NCBI GenBank assembly: GCA_964388035.1
Contig: CAYLZE010000008.1
Location: forward strand, 86,100 to 110,981
Origin: an uncultured archaeon
GTDB lineage: Archaea > Asgardarchaeota > Lokiarchaeia > Sigyniarchaeales > SOKP01
Direction of reading: 5' to 3'
Length of the DNA stretch: 24,882 nt
Each line of letters starts with the position of its first letter. Position 1 is the stretch's first letter. The notes under the pieces were generated by a model. The model did not search any database. It had not been told where the DNA came from and saw only the letters and a list, made by a program, of their open reading frames with translations. A program made the position numbers and the translations under genes. Below, piece by piece: positions 17,719 through 24,882 of the stretch.

Positions 17719-17991
17719 TTATCTTCCATATGTAGATTCTTCTAAGTGAGCATGTTCTACATCATATTTTATTAGGTTGAGAGCACTTTCTTTATCTAAC
17801 TCTTTCAATTTTTCAAGGGTAAGACTTTTTAATCTTTTTATGGGTATTATGTATAGCTCTTCTTCAACTTTCCGGGAAACTTGTTTAGCGATTTCTTCCG
17901 ATGCGCCGCATCTTATACATGTTTCATAAATCTTGTTGGGATTAAAACCCTCAATGCTTTTATCTTGTTTAATTACTTTTAATTTAGTCAT
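17719..17991 (-). CDS. Stand-alone ATP-cone domain protein
   Basis: KVIKQDKSIEGFNPNKI matches the ATP-cone signature VxKxDGxxExFxxxKI; 90 aa. Confidence 0.8.
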   Translation of the reverse strand: MTKLKVIKQDKSIEGFNPNKIYETCIRCGASEEIAKQVSRKVEEELYIIPIKRLKSLTLEKLKELDKESALNLIKYDVEHAHLEESTYGR

Positions 17992-18367
17992 GGATACACA
18001 TCCTAATTAGTTTATTTAACAATTCATCAAAAAATTACACTCATATATTGCTTTTTGGATTAATTTAAATTTATCTCATATATAAATTAAATGCGAGAAT
18101 TTTGGGATTTAGAGCTTAATTGAAAAAAGGTGAATTCGTGTAATAGAATCCTTATTCATCACTTATTTTGAATTGCTAATAATTGAAAGGAAAAGAACCT
18201 TTTAATTCAGCGAAATTCAATGGCTACTTTTTAAAAGAGATAACAAAAATTCATGATAATTGGCTTTTCAAGATAAACCAATAATTGTCCACATTGATTT
18301 TTAACCTTTTCCTTCCAAGATAAAATTTCTCTGATTTCCGATAAATTTAAGCCGTGATTTATAAAAA

Positions 18368-18390
18368 TTATTCTTTAAATTTAAGAATAA
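18368..18390. promoter_or_regulatory. Inverted repeat upstream of the LigD-PE gene
   Basis: TTATTCTT-N7-AAGAATAA, 60 nt before ATG 18450; very AT-rich so may be chance. Confidence 0.3.
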
Positions 18391-18449
18391 ATCAGCATTA
18401 CTTCTTAGTAGTCAATTTAGTTGAAATTGTAGGAGATCGTACTAGAAAA

Positions 18450-19016
18450 ATGGCCTTAAATGAATATAAAAAAAAAAGGAATTTGAAAGAATCGCCAGAA
18501 CCAGAAGCGGTTTTAAAAACATCTGGAGAGAGTATTTTTGTTGTTCAAAAACATTTAGCAAGCCATTTACATTATGATTTCAGAATAGAATCTAATTCCG
18601 TATTAAAATCCTGGGCAATTCCTAAAGGACCATCCTTGAATCCTAAAGTAAAGCGTCTTGCAATTGAAACGGAAGATCATCCGCTTGATTATGCTTCTTT
18701 TGAAGGAATCATCCCAGTGAATAATTATGGTGCGGGAAAAGTAATGGTATGGGATCGAGGTACCTATAAAAACAGATCTCAGAAAGATAATAAACCCATC
18801 TCCATGGAAGACGCTTTTAAAAAAGGACACATTACCATGCTGCTTAATGGTGAGAAGTTAAAGGGGGAATTCTCCTTGATTAAAATGCGCAATAAGGGAC
18901 AATGGTTATTGGTAAAAAAAGCTGATTCCGAAGCTAACATGGAAATTGATATACTCGAATCAAAAAACAAATCCGTTCTGACGGGTAAAAGTATAGAAGA
19001 AATTGAAAACGCTTAA
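18450..19016 (+). CDS. Stand-alone LigD 3'-phosphoesterase (PE) domain protein
   Basis: LNEYKKKRNLKESPEP, FVVQKHLASHLHYDFRIE, SWAIPKGPS, RLAIETEDHP, YGAGKVMVWDRGTY; start at ATG 18450 rather than GTG 18354. Confidence 0.92.
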   Translation: MALNEYKKKRNLKESPEPEAVLKTSGESIFVVQKHLASHLHYDFRIESNSVLKSWAIPKGPSLNPKVKRLAIETEDHPLDYASFEGIIPVNNYGAGKVMVWDRGTYKNRSQKDNKPISMEDAFKKGHITMLLNGEKLKGEFSLIKMRNKGQWLLVKKADSEANMEIDILESKNKSVLTGKSIEEIENA

Positions 19017-19132
19017 AGCATGTTAATTTGCTCATTAAAAAGAAATGATTCTATTTAAAGCATACTGAACTTTCTTGCGTAAAAAATAAAAAAGTAAACC
19101 AAAAGAAAATTAGTAAATTAAAGAAAGTCAGT

Positions 19133-19900
19133 TTATTTTGAAATCATTTGAGCAGCAATGATGATTTTAGAAAAAGATTCTGCTTCCAATGAAGCGCCTC
19201 CCACTAATCCACCGTCTATGTTATCTTGAGAAAATAATTCTTTTGCATTATCCGGCTTAATGGAGCCACCATATTGAATTCTAACTGCTTCCGATGTGTC
19301 TTTATCATATTTTTTCGAAAGTAGTTCCCTTATAGAAACATGCACCTCTTCGGCTTGTTCGGGAGTTGCCGTTTCTCCCGTTCCTATGGCCCATATTGGT
19401 TCATAAGCAATGATAATATTCCGCATTTCTTCCTTACTTAATCCCTTGAAGGTATTTTGAAATTGAAATTTAATGACATCCATCGTTTTTCCTTTCTTCC
19501 TTTCCTCAAGATTCTCTCCGATACATACAATAGGTTTTAAACTAGAATGAAGTGCCTTTTTCACTTTATTATTTATCAACTCGTCCGTCTCTTTAAAAAT
19601 CGTTCTCCGTTCACTATGTCCTAAAATCACATGATCGCAGCCTAAAGGTTTCAAAAACTGCGGTGAAATCTCCCCTGTAAAAGCGCCTTCATCCTTGAAG
19701 TACATGTTCTGTGCTCCTAACTTAATATTGGTATTTTTCAAGAAGGATAAGGAATATAGAGCCGTGAAAGGAGGAAAAATGATAATATCTACTTTTTTTA
19801 CCTCTTTCACAAGAGGAATCAATTGGTTTAGCATGGTATTTGCCTCTTCTGAGGTACCTAAATGCATTTTCCAATTGCCTCCAATAACCATTTTTCTCAT
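19133..19900 (-). CDS. tpiA: Triosephosphate isomerase, bacterial/eukaryal type
   Basis: GGNWKM, GAFTGEIS, GHSERR, AYEPIWAIGTG, YGGS, DGGLVGGASL. Confidence 0.97.
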   Translation of the reverse strand: MRKMVIGGNWKMHLGTSEEANTMLNQLIPLVKEVKKVDIIIFPPFTALYSLSFLKNTNIKLGAQNMYFKDEGAFTGEISPQFLKPLGCDHVILGHSERRTIFKETDELINNKVKKALHSSLKPIVCIGENLEERKKGKTMDVIKFQFQNTFKGLSKEEMRNIIIAYEPIWAIGTGETATPEQAEEVHVSIRELLSKKYDKDTSEAVRIQYGGSIKPDNAKELFSQDNIDGGLVGGASLEAESFSKIIIAAQMISK

Positions 19901-20368
19901 CTTATTTCCTCTTAATTTATTTGTAACTATTCTAACTAGATATTAGTTCTTTGAAATTTGCTATTATTAAAATTTATAGATTACTAATAAAAATAACAAA
20001 ATTTACGTTATGAACTTGTTTTTAATTTTAAAACAAAAAATATTCTATATCATTTTTCCTATATTAAATATTGCATATTAACCTCAATTACTATAAAAAA
20101 ATTTATCAGAAATAATTCTGCATTTTATAATGATTTGTAATAATGTCACTGAAAATATAAAGTAAGAAAAATTTGAATTATTCCCACTATGTGCTCAATT
20201 CATTCCATCCTAAAAAAAAGATTATTTAATTCTCAAAATTGTTCAGATAATATGAATTTGCAAGTGATCAACGGAATTATAATCTTAGAATTCAAGTAAA
20301 AAAAAAAGCGAAATAAATAATTTTAAGTAAAACAACTTAAAAAAGAAAGAAATAGATTAATAGTTCGA

Positions 20369-20836
20369 TTAGCGAACTAATAATACATCACAAGCCGCCT
20401 TATTTAGGGCATTTTCTGCAACGGTACCAATAAATACCTCTTCCAATTTTGAATGGTGTCCCTTGCATCCTAAAACGACCAGATCGAAATTTTCTTCTTT
20501 AGTAATTCTTTCAATATACTGATCCGGATCTTCACTTTCAATTAAACGCGTCTCAATCTCAATGTTTGCGTCTTTAAACATTTTGTCCGTTGCGTTTAAT
20601 AAACGTGTGCCTGCTTCACGATATTCTTGCCTTATTCTCGAATAATCTGCTGCAGGAATTGCATAAGTTCCCCCCAGAGGCGTAGCCAATGAGATTCGAA
20701 TGGGAATCATGTGATGATCGGCAGAATGAAATGCAACAACTTTAGTAACTCCCGGTTGCTGAAGTTCCAGAACTTTTTTAGCAGCTCGCTTCGCATCATC
20801 CGAGCCGTCCATACCCAATAAAATTTTCTTGTACAT
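20369..20836 (-). CDS. Universal stress protein (UspA family)
   Basis: MYKKILLGMDGSDDAKRA, DLVVLGCKG...IGTVAE...CDVLLVR. Confidence 0.92.
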   Translation of the reverse strand: MYKKILLGMDGSDDAKRAAKKVLELQQPGVTKVVAFHSADHHMIPIRISLATPLGGTYAIPAADYSRIRQEYREAGTRLLNATDKMFKDANIEIETRLIESEDPDQYIERITKEENFDLVVLGCKGHHSKLEEVFIGTVAENALNKAACDVLLVR

Positions 20837-21250
20837 AAAATTCACCTTTAAATTATAATTTTTTTGTTAAATCTCAATTCTAGGATAAGAAAAGAGTTAT
20901 ATAAAGATTTGGTCTATAAATTCTAAAAAACTACGCCAATCTCGATCAAAAAGAGAAATATGAAGAGAATTTTATAAATAAAAAATAAAAAGTTTCTTTT
21001 AATCAGAAAAGGGACACATGTTTTCATTATTTTAATTTAAAAGCTTGAATTTTAGGAAATTAGATGCAACTTAATCTTTACTTGTTTAGATAAAAAATGG
21101 TAAGATGGAGCAAAAAGGAAGATTTTGAGCTATATTACTTCTATAATGGATATGGTAAGAATTATAACTGTTAAAAGAAATAAATGCAATCAATTGGCAT
21201 GAAGAATTTACTATTTTTTATTTTAATACTATTTTTAATAAAAAGCAAAG

Positions 21251-22771
21251 TTACTCAGAGATCATCTCAGAATCTGAGAGATAAAGGGTATTCCCAGTTA
21301 TTTTATCGATGTAAAAATGGCGAAATCTGGTTTTTGGGGATGAAAAATCCTTCACATCCATGAATTGTTTATGAATTTCCTCGGGAAAAAGATATTTGGT
21401 AAGATGAAGGAGGGTTTCTTTACATTCGATACAATTAAGCAAATTGAGGCTTTCACAAGAGTAAAAAATTTCACTAAATAAGTCATAATTTGTATCTTTT
21501 GAGAAGACCAAAAGCTCCAAGTTCTGGTATATTCTAGTTATTATATCCTCTAATAGAGGTAAGTCCTTAAGTTGTTCTAGCGTGTTATTGGCATAACGAT
21601 GAAAAATCATATAATAAGTTGCTTCGGAAGTGATTAACCCATCGCGAGTATGCTTTATTCCTTCGAGGGTTACTCTCGTCTCTATCTCATCTCGGATTCC
21701 TTTCAATTTGGGAGATTCCAAGAGCTTGCTTAGCTTTAGCATTCTTAGGCATTTCAGAATGACTATTAAGTGCGCCGTTTCTAACTCTCTCAAGTAAATG
21801 GTGTCAAGTAAATTAGATTCTATGTTGACTAACTGAAACTTCTTTTCGTCCGAGATTTCCACTTTTAATAAATCAAGGGATTTAATGAGGTAATAGACCT
21901 TGCTAGAAGCTTCTAATAAAGGAAACTCAAATTCATTCAAAACTTCATCGAAAAAGTCGTTCAAAAAGGACTTAACTTCTTGTTCGTTAATTTTAATATT
22001 TAAGTGATGAGCTAAAAATATTCCGCAATAGTACAGCTCTGGATTCCTTAAAGATACTAATGGAATGGACGTTAACCACATTTTAAGATGATCTTTTAAA
22101 TAAACTTCTAAATGGGAAAAATCAATGACATATTGCAAGTGAAAAAAATCAAGAATTCGATAAATAAAATATAACAGCTGTATTTTTTCAGTTGTTTCTT
22201 TCAAATCTTCTAAGCTTTCAATGGAATCTTTATTCTTCTGAAATTCATTAATTATGGATTTTTGGATTTTAAGATATTTTTGCAAATTTTCAATTTTACC
22301 AGGATTGGCACCAAATAATTCTTTCAAATTTCTCATTTTTACATCAATTTCGATGGGAATTACCTCCATCTTGATTAATTCTAGAAGAGCGGCCTTTGGG
22401 TTTAAATTAGCGAGATATTTTAGAATCTCTTCAAATAACAATTCATATATTAAAGGTAAAACCATTTTTTTATAAATTTCATTCCAAGAGCTAAGAGAGG
22501 TCATGTCATATTTAGTAAATTGCAAATAAGGTTCCGAGAATTTTTCCCTTGTTATAACATCGTCAAATCCAAATTGAATAATTTTTTTCTGAATCGCCTC
22601 TAAAATTATCCGTAGATTTTTGCGCAAATTTCCTTTCTTATCATCTTCTAATAATTTTAAATTTATTTCCTGCTCTAGATAATTCTTAAAATAATCATCT
22701 ATCCGTTTATAATAATTCCCACTTAGCTCGAAGTAAAAATCTAATATCTTATATAGCCCTTGATATATCAT
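21251..22771 (-). CDS. Hypothetical all-alpha protein (C-terminal half reminiscent of alpha/alpha-barrel repeats)
   Basis: 506-aa uninterrupted ORF; repeated helical units ending YYCG, YYLI, TYYM, FYSC; fold is inference. Confidence 0.7.
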   Translation of the reverse strand: MIYQGLYKILDFYFELSGNYYKRIDDYFKNYLEQEINLKLLEDDKKGNLRKNLRIILEAIQKKIIQFGFDDVITREKFSEPYLQFTKYDMTSLSSWNEIYKKMVLPLIYELLFEEILKYLANLNPKAALLELIKMEVIPIEIDVKMRNLKELFGANPGKIENLQKYLKIQKSIINEFQKNKDSIESLEDLKETTEKIQLLYFIYRILDFFHLQYVIDFSHLEVYLKDHLKMWLTSIPLVSLRNPELYYCGIFLAHHLNIKINEQEVKSFLNDFFDEVLNEFEFPLLEASSKVYYLIKSLDLLKVEISDEKKFQLVNIESNLLDTIYLRELETAHLIVILKCLRMLKLSKLLESPKLKGIRDEIETRVTLEGIKHTRDGLITSEATYYMIFHRYANNTLEQLKDLPLLEDIITRIYQNLELLVFSKDTNYDLFSEIFYSCESLNLLNCIECKETLLHLTKYLFPEEIHKQFMDVKDFSSPKTRFRHFYIDKITGNTLYLSDSEMISE

Positions 22772-23067
22772 ATATCAATACATTCCTCTACTTGTATGTA
22801 ATTCAAACTTTTTTTAATAATATTTATTTATGAAATATTGAATTTCTAATTTAAAATAAATTATGTTCATGATTTTTAAAGTTTTTTTAATTTAATGGTA
22901 TATCGTTTTGAATTGATAAAATTTTTTAATACAGCAAATTGTTATTATAATCTTTTTAATAACAAATTCTGTCTACTTAAATTACAATCATGTTCGTTCT
23001 AGAAACCAAACATGATTTAAACCTTACTTTTTTTTAAGATGTTCCAAGAAATAATTTTCTCTCGCCT

Positions 23068-23505
23068 TCACTTCCTTTTATATAGTCCTATTAGTCCTGC
23101 TGATTCTATAGCGTTTTTTTCTACAATCTCGTTAAAATTTTCTTTAGTTACACCTGTTAATTTGTCTACTTTTAAGGCGTAAATAGAGAAGAAATATCTA
23201 TGTGCATCCGAATTTTTGGGAGGACAAGGACCTCCATATCCTGTCCTACCAAAATCATTTTTAGTTTCCTTTCCAGGAACGGGTCCCCCTTGGGGAATTT
23301 CATTAATATTTGAAGGAATATCATAAACATACCAATGTACCCATGTTTTTGCTGGAGCATCGGGATCTTCGCAGGATAAAGCAAAGCTCTTAGTTCCTTG
23401 GGGAATATCAGACCATTTTAAATGAGGGGATAAACCCTTTCCATCGCAAGTAAATTCTGAAGCGATATTTTTCTTATTTTTAATATCGTTACTTTCTAGT
23501 TTCAT
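23068..23505 (-). CDS. YbhB/YbcL (PEBP / Raf-kinase-inhibitor-like) protein
   Basis: SPHLKW, DPDAP, WVHW, GYGGPCPP, HRYFFSIYAL. Confidence 0.95.
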   Translation of the reverse strand: MKLESNDIKNKKNIASEFTCDGKGLSPHLKWSDIPQGTKSFALSCEDPDAPAKTWVHWYVYDIPSNINEIPQGGPVPGKETKNDFGRTGYGGPCPPKNSDAHRYFFSIYALKVDKLTGVTKENFNEIVEKNAIESAGLIGLYKRK

Positions 23506-23631
23506 AATCTTGATGATTTGGACAATATTTTTATTTTTGAGGATTAAAATTTCTAGATTTAAAAATGCAAAATCTAAAAAAACGGAGATGATTTTATTCT
23601 AATTTTCCTTGCTAAATCTGGATTGATATAA

Positions 23632-24882
23632 TCATTTTGATTCCTTCAATTGTTTCTCTGTCACTAATTTGGTGAAATCATCTTCATTTAATCTTCGAAT
23701 TCCCAAACGTTTTGCTTTATCAAGCTTCGATCCAGAATCTTTTCCCACAACCACATAATCTGTCTCATTGCTAACAGAAGTAGTAATCCTTCCACCAAAC
23801 TTCTCTATTAATTCGGAAGCTTCTGCTCGAGTATAGTTCTCCAATGCTCCAGTAAAAACGAATTTTTTACCTTCTAAAAAATTATCACGTTCTTGCTGTT
23901 CAGCTTTCATTATTATTCCTTGAGCTTTAAGGCGGTTTATGAATTCTTGATTCTTTTCTTCATTAAAAAATGCAATTATACTTTCTGAGATTTTTGGGCC
24001 GATTTCATCAACATTTTCGAGTTCTTCTGATGTAGCATGCATCAAGTCCTCAATATTATCATAATGTTCTGTTAATACTTGTGAGACATGCTCTCCCACA
24101 TAAGGAATACCTAATCCATACAAGACCTTGGATAAACCCCTTTTTTTACTCTCTTCAATAGCTTTTAAGAGATTCGCAGAAGATTTTTTTCCCATTCTCT
24201 CCACCTTCACCAGATCATCTTGCCTCAAATCGTAAATATCTGCTATATTTTCAATGAGGTGATTTTCAACTAATTTATCTAACAATTTGGGTCCCAATCC
24301 ATCGATATCCATGGCATTCCTACTTCCCCAATGGTTAATTCTTCTCTTGATCTGTGCGGGACATTGAGCATTTATACATTTTCTTGCAATTTCATCGCCA
24401 AACCTTTTAGCAGCACTTCCACATGATGGACAAATATTCGGCATTTTAAATTCAATTTCACTGCCATCTCTTTTTTCTTTAATGACTTTTATAACTTGAG
24501 GGATTATTTCTCCTGCTTTTTCAACTAACACGGTATCTCCAATCCGAATATCTTTTTTTTTAATTTCATCCTCATTGTGAAGAGATGCTCTCGAAACGTC
24601 GGTTCCTGATAAATGGATTGTATCTAATAATGCCACGGGAGTTAAAACACCTGTTCTTCCAACCATAACTTCAATTCCTCTAACTTTTGTTGTTTTTCTT
24701 GTTGGGGGATATTTATATGCAATTGCCCAACGTGGATGGTGGGTGGTGGACCCCAACTTTTCTTGCAGGTCTAAATCATTCACTTTAATTACCATGCCAT
24801 CTACTTCATAATTTAAATTATCTTTCTTTTCCTCCCATAATTTTACTGCTTCAATGACTTGATCAATTCCCATCAATTTTGT
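23632..24882 (-). CDS. ligA: NAD-dependent DNA ligase, C-terminal part; 5' end lies outside the window
   Basis: DGMVIK, PRWAIAYK, VGRTG, ASLHN, KAGEIIPQV, C4 zinc finger, HhH repeats, BRCT (FVFTG...SVS..TDYVVVG...GSKLDKA); frame open to the window edge. Confidence 0.97.
   Translation of the reverse strand, partial: TKLMGIDQVIEAVKLWEEKKDNLNYEVDGMVIKVNDLDLQEKLGSTTHHPRWAIAYKYPPTRKTTKVRGIEVMVGRTGVLTPVALLDTIHLSGTDVSRASLHNEDEIKKKDIRIGDTVLVEKAGEIIPQVIKVIKEKRDGSEIEFKMPNICPSCGSAAKRFGDEIARKCINAQCPAQIKRRINHWGSRNAMDIDGLGPKLLDKLVENHLIENIADIYDLRQDDLVKVERMGKKSSANLLKAIEESKKRGLSKVLYGLGIPYVGEHVSQVLTEHYDNIEDLMHATSEELENVDEIGPKISESIIAFFNEEKNQEFINRLKAQGIIMKAEQQERDNFLEGKKFVFTGALENYTRAEASELIEKFGGRITTSVSNETDYVVVGKDSGSKLDKAKRLGIRRLNEDDFTKLVTEKQLKESK

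Noticed and set aside
1-24882. tRNA, rRNA, CRISPR array, transposase or integrase
   Set aside because: None recognised; intergenic regions are too AT-rich for stable RNA genes and show no regularly spaced repeats.

Overview
AT-rich archaeal chromosomal segment, most likely Asgard (Lokiarchaeia-like). This is inferred from a TFB paralogue, an archaeal Lrp/AsnC regulator, TATA-type promoters, and a longin-like/small-GTPase and HEAT/coiled-coil gene cluster, mixed with bacterial-type genes (TpiA, NAD-dependent LigA, stand-alone LigD phosphoesterase). Other content: partial GPH-family MFS transporter, EFR1-type flavodoxin-ferredoxin, acyl-CoA ligase, M32 carboxypeptidase, GH172/DUF2961 hydrolase, QueG/reductive-dehalogenase-like Fe-S protein, ATP-cone protein, USP, PEBP, two small Cys-rich proteins and two pseudogenes. 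Main finding: the minus-strand ORF 4055..4915 appears to be only the second exon of a gene starting at 5077. A 39-nt insert (4908..4946) carries an in-frame UAG and is framed by a canonical bulge-helix-bulge (BHB) motif. Cutting at the standard archaeal splicing-endonuclease positions removes the stop and restores the frame. This is a candidate tRNA-type (EndA/RtcB) intron in an Asgard mRNA. All calls come from reading the sequence by eye; no searches or folding programs were run.
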